A stretch of DNA of 61,708 nucleotides, the filler included. It is 6 parts of 6 records of this genome, joined end to end, with 100 filler letters (N's around TTAATTAATTAA, not from the genome) between each part and the next. Parts side by side here need not be neighbours in the genome. Positions count along the whole stretch, not along the records: positions 43,467 to 55,598 come from SRR2962707_3101; positions 55,699 to 61,708 come from SRR2962707_3106; 4 more parts are not named here. One strand, written 5' to 3'. The notes under the pieces were generated by a model that was not told the origin of the DNA, did no database searches, and saw only the letters and a list, made by a program, of their open reading frames with translations. This document shows positions 49,740-60,400 of this stretch, in pieces (position 1 is the stretch's first letter; each line of letters starts with the position of its first letter). The translations under genes were made by a program, and so were the position numbers.

Positions 49740-51368
49740 TTACTTCACCGCAATGTAGTCATAGTGAACAGGAATGTGGACCGGATCGACAAGAAGTGCG
49801 TCTTCGGCCACGATACGAGGCGAACGCATGGTGAAACGCTGTTCATTGAACACCGGTACCCACGGAGCATCCGCCATTACTTTGGTAAAGATATCGCGCC
49901 ACATTGCGATGCGGGCATCGGCCTGCGACGGATCAGCCATGGCATCAGCCTTGGAGGCTTCTGCATCAAGTTCTTCGTTGCAATACCAAGACCAGTTCCA
50001 ACCGCCTGGTACAGCACCGCTACAACCCAGAATCGGGCCATAGAAGTTTGAGGGATCCGGGAAATCGGCAATCCAAGCCATGCCACCAGACCAGATCATT
50101 GGTGCCTGGTCGGCTTCGCCACCAGCAGCAATCACGTTGGCCTGTGCCAGGGACTTGATTTCAACTTTCATGCCTATGGCAGCAAGGTCCTGCTGAATGG
50201 CCTGTGCGATACGCGGCTGCGGATCGGTATTGGCAACAAACAGGGTGGTTTCAACGCCATCGCCGTAACCGGCTTCTGCCATAAGTTCCTTGGCCTTGGC
50301 AGGATCAAAGGCATAGCCTTTATAGTCGGTATTGTAGCCCGGCATCAGCGGCGGAAGCGGCTGATTGGCGGGTTGGGCACGGCCATTGATCACGCGAACG
50401 ATACGGTCCTTGTTGACCGCCATATTGACCGCTTCGCGGACTTTCAGGTTATCGAACGGCGGGATTTTGGTGTTAAGCGTGACATAACCGGTATGGAGCT
50501 GCTCACCCGAAACAACCAGATCCTTGTATTCCGGATCGTTCATCACTTCGAGGAACTTTGCCGGCGGAATACCGTCGCCTGCAATATCAACTTCACCGCG
50601 CTGCAAACGCAACAGGGCAACAACCGGTTCCTGACCGACTTCAACCGTGATGGTTTCAAGTTTCGGGATACCGTCGATATGGTAATCCGGGTTTGCCTTG
50701 AAAATCAGGTGCTGACCAAGGGTCCAGTCTTCAAGCGCAAAGGCACCGGTACCAACCGGATGTTTGCCAAAATCCTGACCCCATTCTTCAACGGCTTCTT
50801 TTGGCACAATATGGGCAAAGTTCAGCGCCATTTTGTGCAAAAAAGCTGCATCAGGCTGGTTCAAGGTAAATTTAACGGTGTAATCGTCAACAACCTCGAT
50901 CCCCGCAAGGGTTTCGGTTTCGCCAGCTGATTCTTCGGCAAATCCTTTGATCGTTTCAAAGAAACCGGCACCCGGGCTTTGGGTTTTCGGGTTTACGACA
51001 CGTTCAAAGGTGTATTTGACGTCAGATGCCTTGAACTCGCGCCCATTGTGGAAGGTCACACCTTTGCGCAGATTAAAGGTGTATGTCAGACCATCCTCGG
51101 ACACGGTGTAATCAGTTGCCAGATCGGGTTTAAGCGTCGTTGTGCCCGGCTCATAATCCATCAAGCCGTCAAACAGGCTTTTGATCATTGACCAGTTCTG
51201 CCAATCATACCCGATTGCCGGATCAAGGGTCGAAACATCGTCCTTATAGGTCACAACGATGCCGCCTTCAGCAGCGTCGGCCTGACCTGCACCAACTGTC
51301 GCAGTCATCATGCCGGCACCCGCGATCAGTGCGGAAAGTGCGACACCTTTCAGTGCTTTACTAAACAT
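49740..51368 (-). CDS. ABC substrate-binding protein, family 5 (DppA-like)
   Basis: Signal peptide, TLDP, YTFNLRKGVTFHNG, PVGTGAF, WIADFPDP. Confidence 0.93.
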   Translation of the reverse strand: MFSKALKGVALSALIAGAGMMTATVGAGQADAAEGGIVVTYKDDVSTLDPAIGYDWQNWSMIKSLFDGLMDYEPGTTTLKPDLATDYTVSEDGLTYTFNLRKGVTFHNGREFKASDVKYTFERVVNPKTQSPGAGFFETIKGFAEESAGETETLAGIEVVDDYTVKFTLNQPDAAFLHKMALNFAHIVPKEAVEEWGQDFGKHPVGTGAFALEDWTLGQHLIFKANPDYHIDGIPKLETITVEVGQEPVVALLRLQRGEVDIAGDGIPPAKFLEVMNDPEYKDLVVSGEQLHTGYVTLNTKIPPFDNLKVREAVNMAVNKDRIVRVINGRAQPANQPLPPLMPGYNTDYKGYAFDPAKAKELMAEAGYGDGVETTLFVANTDPQPRIAQAIQQDLAAIGMKVEIKSLAQANVIAAGGEADQAPMIWSGGMAWIADFPDPSNFYGPILGCSGAVPGGWNWSWYCNEELDAEASKADAMADPSQADARIAMWRDIFTKVMADAPWVPVFNEQRFTMRSPRIVAEDALLVDPVHIPVHYDYIAVK

Positions 51369-51441
51369 TATTGATACTCTCCCTGTGAATTTGATCTTCC
51401 ATGGGTTTCCTTCCTGAATGCTGCGTCATTTTTAAAATGCA

Positions 51442-52362
51442 TCAGCGCAGCTTGATGCGCGGATCGATGAACGGTGCCATCAGATCCGCCAATAGATTGC
51501 CCATCACGATTGCGCAGGCCGAAACCAGCGTCACACCCATGATGATTGGAATATCGACACGCTGAATGGCCTGCCATGCCAGCTGCCCGATCCCCGGCCA
51601 GCCAAACACCGATTCAACAACCACGATGCCGCTCATGAACATGCCGATATCAATGCCAATCATCGCAATGATCGGTAAAAGCGCGTTTGGAAAAGCGTGA
51701 ACGAAAAACACCCGTGCCCGACCAAGACCCTTGGCCCGTGCGGTGCGCACATAGTCCTGACGCAAGACATCAAGCATCGATGACCGCATCATGCGCGAAT
51801 ACCAGCCAGCCCCAAGGAACCCCATCGAAATCGATGGCAGAACCAGATGCGAAAACGTCCCGTATCCACCAATCGGGAACCATCCCAGAACCACCGCAAA
51901 CAGATACAGCATCAAAATGCCCACGACGAATTGCGGTGCGGATACCCCGACAAAGGATGCGACCATCAAACCGCGATCAATCGGTGTATTGCGTTTAATC
52001 GCACCGACCGCACCGGCTGTAAGGCCCATCACAAGTTCACAGAAAATTGCCCCTGCCATCAAAAGCAAGGTTGCCGGAAGGCGTGCCGCGATCAGTTCAG
52101 CAACCTCGGTTTTCTGCAAATAGGACCGGCCGAAATCCCCGGTCAGAAGATTGCCGAGATAGCGCAAATATTGCTGATAAAACGGCAGGTTAAGACCAAG
52201 CTGTTCGCGGATATTGGCAACCGTTTCCGCCGTTGCCGAACGCCCGGCAATCTGACGGGCCGGATCGGCAGGCAGCATATAAAGCAACGCATAGGTGACG
52301 ACACTCACACCCAGCAGGATCAGAAACGCTGAAACAATACGACGCAAAATATAAGCAATCAT
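51442..52362 (-). CDS. ABC permease (DppB-like)
   Basis: GDFGRS, DYVRTARAKGL, VESVFGWPGIG. Confidence 0.93.
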   Translation of the reverse strand: MIAYILRRIVSAFLILLGVSVVTYALLYMLPADPARQIAGRSATAETVANIREQLGLNLPFYQQYLRYLGNLLTGDFGRSYLQKTEVAELIAARLPATLLLMAGAIFCELVMGLTAGAVGAIKRNTPIDRGLMVASFVGVSAPQFVVGILMLYLFAVVLGWFPIGGYGTFSHLVLPSISMGFLGAGWYSRMMRSSMLDVLRQDYVRTARAKGLGRARVFFVHAFPNALLPIIAMIGIDIGMFMSGIVVVESVFGWPGIGQLAWQAIQRVDIPIIMGVTLVSACAIVMGNLLADLMAPFIDPRIKLR

Positions 52363-53216
52363 CAGTGGCGCCCCTTCTGGGTTGGATCAAGAATGTCGCG
52401 CAGGGCATCCCCCACCAGATTAAAGGCCAAAGCCAGCAGAATGATCGCCGTTCCGGGGACGAAAACCAGCCAAGGGGCCGAGGTGAAATAGGTCTGATTT
52501 TCAAAAATGATGTTGCCCCAGCTTGGGGTTGGCGGTTGCACCCCAACACCAAGATAGGAAAGGGTTGCTTCAAGCAGCACTGTGGTCGCAATGCCAAGCG
52601 TTGCCCAAACCACCATGGTCGACAGCAAATGCGGCAGCATATGTTTGAACAAAATCCGGAAACGGCTTGCCCCGATGCCCCATTCGGCTTCGATAAAATC
52701 GCGTTCGGACAAAGACCGTGTTTCGGTATAAATCACCCGGGCGACCTGCACCCAATTGACCATGGCAATCACCATCGCAACGATCCACAGGCTGGGGGTG
52801 AAAATCGCGGCCAGAACAATCGCCAACAGCAATGCCGGAAAGGCCATCATCAAATCGGTGGCCCGCATCAGGATGGTGCCGATCCATCCCTGGAAAAACC
52901 CTGCCGTGACGCCAACCAAGGCACCGATGATCACCGCAGCACCATTGGCGACGACACCAATGATCAAGGATGTTTGCGCGCCATACATCAAACGCGACAG
53001 CAAATCACGCCCAAGCAAATCCGTCCCCAAAAGAAACTGCGCACTTGGCGGCATCGGCGCGCCTTCAATGGTCAGGCCATCAAACATCTGGTTTTGCGGA
53101 TCATATGGTGCAATCCACGGCGCAAGCAGTGCTGATCCCGCGATGATCACGATGATGATCAATCCCAGAAGTGCGAGTTTTCTTTTGGCCAGTTCAGTCA
53201 GAACAAGCATAGCCAC
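52362..53216 (-). CDS. ABC permease (DppC-like)
   Basis: LGTDLLGRD, EATLSYLG, PPTPSWG, GDALRDILDP. Confidence 0.93.
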   Translation of the reverse strand: MAMLVLTELAKRKLALLGLIIIVIIAGSALLAPWIAPYDPQNQMFDGLTIEGAPMPPSAQFLLGTDLLGRDLLSRLMYGAQTSLIIGVVANGAAVIIGALVGVTAGFFQGWIGTILMRATDLMMAFPALLLAIVLAAIFTPSLWIVAMVIAMVNWVQVARVIYTETRSLSERDFIEAEWGIGASRFRILFKHMLPHLLSTMVVWATLGIATTVLLEATLSYLGVGVQPPTPSWGNIIFENQTYFTSAPWLVFVPGTAIILLALAFNLVGDALRDILDPTQKGRH

Positions 53217-53225
53217 CCTGTTTCG

Positions 53226-53849
53226 TTAGTTCGTGACAATCGTTGCGCCATTGCCCGAACCGGTCCGGCCCGATGCAACAATTGCCGCGCAATAATCTTC
53301 AATTGTTTGTTGTTTTTTCATCGCCTCGGCACGGATGGCTTTTAGCGCACCATGCTCGTCGATATTTTGGCTCAGCATCACGGCCATCAATACTTTGGCG
53401 ACCACCGGACGCAGCTTGAGCCTTCTGCGAAGTTCGCAAATTTCGGCCCGTAATTTTTGATGTTGTTCAAAGGCATGCACGGCCAGAACCGCAGCACTGA
53501 AAACACCGGCTGTCGAAACCGGCTTTTGCAGATGCGCCCCGCTTTGACGGCTCAGCACCCACTCCAGACGACCCGGTGCTTCTGATCCGATCAAGGCGAC
53601 ACTGGGGATCGGGGTTTGATCGGGCGTCCATGGAAACTGTTCATCCATGCCCATATCCGCATCGAAAAACAGGATATCTGCCGATTTGACCTTGGCGTCA
53701 TCAAGCCCCGGCAATTCCGGCCAATAGCGGTCAACCGTCATCCCCAAACGTTCAAGTTGGCGTAACAATGGATCGATTGCTGCACTCGGACGGTGCAGAA
53801 CCCATGCATGCCAGCCTCTGAAATTCGGGATACGGTTCGTCCGTTTCAT
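53226..53849 (-). CDS. amiR: AmiR-like ANTAR antiterminator (pseudo-receiver plus ANTAR)
   Basis: LLRQLERLG, ALIGSEAP, coiled coil then KVL..VM..IDE..A...IR.EAM; TGATG coupling to amiC. Confidence 0.8.
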   Translation of the reverse strand: MKRTNRIPNFRGWHAWVLHRPSAAIDPLLRQLERLGMTVDRYWPELPGLDDAKVKSADILFFDADMGMDEQFPWTPDQTPIPSVALIGSEAPGRLEWVLSRQSGAHLQKPVSTAGVFSAAVLAVHAFEQHQKLRAEICELRRRLKLRPVVAKVLMAVMLSQNIDEHGALKAIRAEAMKKQQTIEDYCAAIVASGRTGSGNGATIVTN

Positions 53850-55033
53850 CAGCCGACCACCCGCAAGTTGCCGGCACCGGCTTTCCCGACCTTGCGGCGG
53901 AAGGCATCGGCATCGAAATGCACCAAATAGGGATCCGGTTCGACCGCGTGATCGGCGCGTGACACGATTTTGAACCACCCGTCATCGCTGATTTCGCCGA
54001 TCAATGGTGTAAGGGCTGCGTGATTGTTCGTCGCATCAATCTGGACCATGCCAAACGGGGTCTGAACCGGTTTGCGCATCAAGTGATGCCGAACAGATGG
54101 GACATCGTCGGTCCCGGCACGGCGGATCGACTGGGCCAACATTTTGACCGTGGCATATCCTTGCGCGACAAAGGCGGACGGAATGCGATCGGCCCCGGCA
54201 AATTCGTGGAACCGTGCAAGCCAGGCAGTGTTTTCAGCATCGGTCTGATTGGCAAAATAGATCGCCGTGCTGAGATGACCAATACCGGCTGCCCCCAATT
54301 GCGGCAATTCGCATTCGGTCAGATTGCAACTGACAATCGGGCGTTTGTCGGCGGCGAATTCCGGGTCTTGTTCGGCAAGCTTTTGATAGGCCTTGATAAA
54401 GGCATAGCTTGAATTGCCGATCATATTATTCAGGATAAAGTCCGGCTTTTTGGCCTTGATATCCTCGATAATGTGGTCGACATCGACGCTATCAATCGCC
54501 AGGTATTTTTCGCCAAGAACCTCACCGTCACAGGCCTGAATCAGTTCACGCCCGATCCTGTTGGTTTCCCAGCCCCAGATATAATTCGACCCGGTCAGAT
54601 AGACCCGACGCCCGAATTTCGGAATGACATGTTCGAACAATGGCAGGATGTGTTGATTGGGATTGGCCCCGGTATAGATCACATTTTCGCTGCATTCGAA
54701 CCCCTCATACGGGCACGGATACCACAACAACGCATCGAATTTTTCCACGGTTGGCAGAACTTCTTTGCGCGCAAGCGATGTGATGGTGCCAATGATATGT
54801 TTGCACCCGTCACGGCGGATCAGGCTGTCGCAAAATTCGGTATAGCGTTCGGGAACCCCGGCCGGATCGCGAAATTCCGGCGCAAGACGAAAAGCGAATG
54901 CCGCGTCGTTATTGACCTCCTCCAACGCCATGCGCGCGCCATCATAAAGATCCTGCGCAATGGCCCGGTACGGTCCGGTCACGGATAAAAGGAATCCGAC
55001 CCGGTAAACCGGATTGGTGTGCATCTCGCCCAA
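53849..55033 (-). CDS. amiC: AmiC-like cytoplasmic amide sensor (periplasmic-binding-protein fold, no signal peptide)
   Basis: GTITSLARKEV, LWYPCPYEGFE, PNQH, GSNYIWGWE. Confidence 0.85.
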   Translation of the reverse strand: MGEMHTNPVYRVGFLLSVTGPYRAIAQDLYDGARMALEEVNNDAAFAFRLAPEFRDPAGVPERYTEFCDSLIRRDGCKHIIGTITSLARKEVLPTVEKFDALLWYPCPYEGFECSENVIYTGANPNQHILPLFEHVIPKFGRRVYLTGSNYIWGWETNRIGRELIQACDGEVLGEKYLAIDSVDVDHIIEDIKAKKPDFILNNMIGNSSYAFIKAYQKLAEQDPEFAADKRPIVSCNLTECELPQLGAAGIGHLSTAIYFANQTDAENTAWLARFHEFAGADRIPSAFVAQGYATVKMLAQSIRRAGTDDVPSVRHHLMRKPVQTPFGMVQIDATNNHAALTPLIGEISDDGWFKIVSRADHAVEPDPYLVHFDADAFRRKVGKAGAGNLRVVG

Positions 55034-55052
55034 AACTAAAAGCCCCTAAAAC

Positions 55053-55125
55053 AAAAAAAACCCGCGCTTCATTGCATTGCAAAGAAACAGCAGGCCTTGA
55101 TTGGCATGCGGCGATTTGTTGCCGC
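55053..55125 (-). promoter_or_regulatory. Leader attenuator: two hairpins plus an intrinsic terminator
   Basis: GCGGC-AACAAAUC-GCCGC, GCC-AAUCAA-GGC, then CCUGC...GCGGG-U8 about 20 nt before the amiC start. Confidence 0.65.
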
Positions 55126-55158
55126 TATTTGATATTTTCTGCCCCGAAAGACACCATT

Positions 55159-55186
55159 ACGGTAACAATAATTTCCAACTTGTCAA
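55159..55186 (-). promoter_or_regulatory. Sigma70-type promoter for the ami operon
   Basis: TTGACA-N16-TACCGT with a TG extended -10. Confidence 0.5.
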
Positions 55187-55424
55187 ACGGGAGTTTCAGT
55201 TTTTCAAAATCTAATGCTGCGATGCAAAATTACGATTGAAGTATTTTTCGCTTTTGCGCGTGGGGGAATCTTTCGACAGAACGTTGAATTATCCCGGTCT
55301 TTTCCACCATGCCGTCTTTACCTCGGCCCCTGATCCGTGATGAAATCAGGTTTGCGCATCCACCGCGCCAAAAAAACAAACATAACGTGCCCCACCCATT
55401 TGCCCCATACGGAGTTCTTCACAC

Positions 55425-55598
55425 ATGTCCGGGAAACCCCAAATGCGCCACGGCGGTCGTATTCTGGTTGATCAACTGGCCCTGCACGGGGCGGAACGCG
55501 TCTTTCTTGTACCGGGCGAAAGCTATCTTGCGGTGCTTGACGGCCTTGTTGATCACCCTGATATCGAACCGATCATTTGCCGTCAGGAAGGCGGGGCC
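55425..55598 (+). CDS. Thiamine pyrophosphate-dependent enzyme, 3'-truncated
   Basis: HGGRILVDQL..VFLVPGESYLAVLD..CRQEGGA; GGAG RBS. Confidence 0.85.
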
Positions 55599-55698
55599 NN
55601 NNNNNNNNNNNNNNNNNNNNNNNNNNNNNNNNNNNNNNNNNNTTAATTAATTAANNNNNNNNNNNNNNNNNNNNNNNNNNNNNNNNNNNNNNNNNNNN
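55599..55698. other. Artificial contig spacer
   Basis: N44-TTAATTAATTAA-N44. Confidence 0.99.
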
Positions 55699-55739
55699 CG
55701 TCCCGTCCCGTCCCGTCCCGTCCCGTCCAGTCCAGTCCA
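55699..55739. repeat. (CGTCC)n/(AGTCC)n microsatellite
   Basis: Tandem pentanucleotide at the contig start. Confidence 0.85.
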
Positions 55740-55809
55740 CTCCTTTTTGACAATCGACCACTCGAACAATTAATTGAACCAGCAATCACACGCCTGCCTG
55801 CCGACCAAC

Positions 55810-57419
55810 ATGCCGTGGTCCCCGTTGTCCGAGACAAGCCCTCTGCGAGACTTCTTTAGCTCAATCACCAGCTTTGTTGGCTTTCGGAATTCCGGTCGAC
55901 CAACGGCGTTGGCTTCCTCGGGTGTCGCTCGAGGGCGTGCAGCCACGCCCACACACCCCAGCCCAGCGCGTGTGCCGCGGGCTCATCACCCTGGGCCAGT
56001 CAAACGTCAACGATGGAGCTGGGAAGCAGAGGGCCACCGTGAACCTCAAAGAAAACTTGGACGGCCGTTGCAGTTTTCGTCTTCTCCTCGTCCTCCTCCG
56101 CTGCAAAGAGTCGACCAACAAGGCAACGCGCATCCCATCGTCATTGACCTGAGCTCACCACCACAATCCCCCACCCCATCCCCCACAGCCCATGGTGGGT
56201 CAGCGCAGCACATGCATGGCACAGGGCGGACATCTGAACAACTGCCCCAGGTGCAAACAGCCTCCGCAAGCAATCACTCGCACTTCAACGCCACCACCGA
56301 ACATGGATCTCCCAAGCCAGCACTCAAGCAAATGCTGGCCCAGCTGGATGCAGGGCGCATGATCAACGATGAAATTGTCAACAACTGGGCCCAGTATGTC
56401 CTGCACAAGTGCGGTGGCAGCAGTCATCGTCTTGGAGGAGCTGACCAACGTTCTCACAGTGATGTTACCCCTGCCAGCAGCGTGGGTAATAATAGAGCTG
56501 CATCTCGCCAACAATCTATCACTCCAGCCAACAATGACAGCACTCCGCACGGCGTCGTAATTTTGTCAACGTTTTTTTTTCCTGCTCTGTCCCGGAACTG
56601 GCAAGGTCGGGCTGGCCGTTTCTGCTACGAGCGGGCACGCGTGTGGGCAAAGCAAATAATCGCGAGAAAGTTTCGGGGAATTCGTCGCATTCTTGTACCC
56701 ATCCATGTGCCGCACAAAATTCACTGGATATTGGCATCAATATGTCTTCCAGGATACCGCTGCGCGAAAGACCGGACCCAAAAGGTGCGCCACTGCTATT
56801 CCTACATACCTGCTGTCCTCGGCTCGGTTCCTTCGTGCACACGCGCCAATTTAGTATTTTTCGTGCACGTGGTCTCCTTTGCCAGGCGCGGCCGCGCATT
56901 GAGATATACGACTCACTGCGCAGCAGCTCGAGCAATCAAGCATATGGTCACATTTTCAGTCTTCTGCGTGAATTTCTCTTGGCTGTGAGCCAGGTAAAGT
57001 TTGGCGTTTAGCCAGCCTGCTCATGTTCTCGTAGACCCGGGCGTCTTTTATCGCAACATACCTTGTTTATTTTGGTGTAGGAGTGCTTCGGTCATGTGGA
57101 TTTCTTCATGAAGGGCAATTTTGATCTGGAGCAAGTGCACATTCTGTCAACCAACGTCCCACAGCAGGTGCGTGCATGTTTGCCAAATGCTCCCGCTTCT
57201 CAACCCAAATACAGCTCCTGCAATCTGGGATGTGCGTTTTATTGCCTGCAGACAAATGGTGTGGATTGTGGAATTTTCGTGTGCATGTTCATGGAGCGAC
57301 TGGTTTGTCGAGGCAATGGGTTGAAGGGGTTGCTTGGTGAAATTGGGAGCAACACAAACCAGTATGTCTCCGAATATCGACAAACGATGAAGAAGAGACT
57401 TCTAAACTATCTCCGATAG
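55810..57419 (+). CDS. Spliced Ulp1/SENP family (C48) SUMO protease. Exons approx. 55810-56784, 56886-56993, 57081-57167, 57252-57419
   Basis: INDEIVN, ILSTFFF, LVPIH..HWIL, IEIYDSL, VPQQ|TNGVDCGIFV; three in-phase GT-AG introns; catalytic His, Asp, Cys and oxyanion Gln present. Confidence 0.85.
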
Positions 57420-60400
57420 ATTATTTATACCCTTCGAATGCGCTTTGATGTAGTACAGCCAGAGATGTACAGCACCGTGGCACAGCACCATACTCGGTAA
57501 CACTATGCCAGTGAAGCTCAGTTTCCCCCTCTTTCTGTTCTGACAACAATCAATCACTAATTTCCTCGCTGCTTGCGTCGACAATCCACTTAATGGCAGC
57601 GTGAAGAGTCGCGAGCGCGTAGGAACACAAACCGTGACTACTCGAGCTCTCCAGTCCAAGGTTGGCGTTATCGTCGGCGTAGACGTCGTTGAGCAAAGAC
57701 AAAACTTGGACGAACTGCAATAACTGCGCTCCATGCCCGGCTTGTGACACCGCCACGACAACAAAGATAAGGCCCGGAAACTTGCAACACCAATAATAGC
57801 AAACATGCAAGCATCAACATTTGTGGTCATGTAACGTTTTGGAATTCTGCGCGTAATGCGTGCGACTGCCAACTCACGCACCATTTCGTCCGTGCCAACG
57901 TTTGCTTCGGCGGTGTCGTGGGTTGCCATGTCTTTGACAATGTATTGCAGCAAACATGCGATTCCATCATTCATGGAAACTCGCCCGCGCAGGTTGAGTG
58001 TTTCAATGAAAATTTGACATGAGTTGGACAGCACCCCAGCCCCGATACCATCGCTCACAATCGTGTCTATGTCCAAACCTAAAAGTTGCGCCGCCTTGCA
58101 AGAGAATCCAATGTGCTTGAGACAGGAAGTTGTCGCAATCACACTACATTGGTCCTCAAAGTGCGTCTCTATGGCTCGAACACACACACCATCCAGCAGC
58201 TCAGCTGAATGAATAAGGGACCTCACCGTCGCCTCAGAGCATATCTTAGATTGATGTGGTGCAAAAGATGATGCTAAATCGTCATAGAAAAGACGGAAAA
58301 ACATTTCCTCGCATTGCGCGAACAACACGGCACGGGCAATGTGTTGTATCGTTGATGTGGGGGTAGTTGATGGCAGATTGTCCTCCACAGTCGCTCTAGT
58401 AGCATCGACCAGGGAAAAGTCCTGCCCTGAGTTTACACACATCCAATACAGCTCTTCAGCAAGACAAGCTGAGCACCGTCGTATTAGTCGAAGAATAATC
58501 CGCATATCGTGCAAATACTTCAGTGTTTGGGATTGTGGAAGAGCAGTACAGAAGGCGGGGCGAGGAGTCGATGCATGCAGGGAATGAGGCAAATCCGTTT
58601 GTCTCCAGAAGCTCGCATGTGGTCTTGCCGGTGTGCCTGTGATGTTGCCTTCCCGACTTGCTTGTGCATGTGGACTTTTCTGAGCGCTCAGCCGACAAAC
58701 TGCCATTTCATTCCCATGCCGAATTCGCTTCAATCGACTCTGAACCTGCGCCACCAATCAGTGGGAAATAAAGCCACAGCTACACAGAACAAATGAAGCA
58801 ATGCAAACATGACAAGCAGCCTGCTTGCCTCTGGCACCAAAATGAACTGCACAAAAGCTCCGCAGCTCGAAGTCAATCCGTGTGCACACAACTGCCGCAG
58901 CTCTTCAGCCGCTGCCTTCCATTGGGTAGATAAAAACTTGCAATGCGATGCCAACCTCTTATTCAATGCGTTGTCTAATGCATGCACTGTAGGAGCCAAA
59001 ATTATTGATACTGAACGGCGCGCTAAGTTGCAGAGAGCCAAACGAGTAGCTTGCGTCCAATTGTCTTTTCGCAAAGCCTGCAGCACGTTGTCAATATGGC
59101 CACTTAGTTCAGAATCAACTATGCGAAGCTGTTTCTTAACCCGCAGCCAATGCTGCAAAATTTCTAGCAGATTTTGATCTTGAGCAAGAATGTATTCTGG
59201 TTTGGAACAGTATTGCAAAACTTGCAACAGCCTCATGTCGTGTACTTTTTGCCGCGCAGCTGTCGCGTTTCCCCCATGAAAAAAAAGGCGCTTTATCAAC
59301 GATTCAGCCGTTCCTTTTCCCCCGCCAGCGGCTTCTTCTTTCAGGCTCCGGCTAAGCGTTGCAACGACTACAAGGCGCCGACGAATACAAGTCTCAGCAA
59401 GGCAAAAGCTTTCACGAGTGAGATCTGCCAACTCTGCGTGTAAACTGGTGCGAAGTCTCAGAAGTCGGTGAACACCATCATCACTTGCTCCTGACGCAAG
59501 CCCACTACAGACATTTTCAAGCATTTCTCGAAAATATGCGTTCTGTGCGGAAAGAACCTCCTTAAGATAATCTATTTGCTGCATTTTGACGCTGATGTCT
59601 GCAAGTTTTGCCTTGAGCTCAGAGCTATACACTGCGAGTATTGAGTTTGCTTTTTTCGTTTTGCGTGAATCCATGAACTCGACAACGACATCCGACACCT
59701 TGGCACTGGCATCACGCGACGCAGACCGCTGTTTGCGCAACCCTTTTGGGCTTGATGTGGGACTACACACGGGACTAGTCTTTGATAGTACACTGCCGCA
59801 ATCATTTGATTCCATCAGTACACGCTGTAGATTTCTTTCGGACCCCAGCAAGTATACAGGTGGGGCAGGAAGCACGCGAAACACGGCCGTCGCAAATTTC
59901 AGGGACTGGAGCTTTGTGCGGAGATGCCACAAGCGTTGTTGCCGAAACTGAGGAAGTGAATAGACTTTGTGGATCAGCAATATCAAGGGTCGCAAACTCT
60001 CACGAGTGCGGGAGGAGAGTGTATCTCCCACCCCAATTGTGAAAGAGCGCTCCCCTCTGTGCAGCACCCTCGTCAAAGCTGCAGACGCTGCTCCCATGAC
60101 TCTTTGAAAAATGGGAACTCGAACAATCTTTTGACGTTGTAGTGGACCCGACCCGCTCTGGGTGTCCATTTCATCAGAGTTGTTTTTGTTCGGATCGGCC
60201 CACATAAGTTCCTGGTGGGCAAAGGTTTGCCCGGTATCACAAAGCATTTCAAGAACTGCAAGAACGCTGAAGCAGCCCGTTATTTGAGCAGGTTGCCTGC
60301 GATTTCGGTTCTCCATCAACAAAAACTTGTGCAATTGGTGAACCATTGGTTTAAGGTCTGCTCGGTCGAGAAAGAACTGAGTCACCCAAGCATTTAGGTC

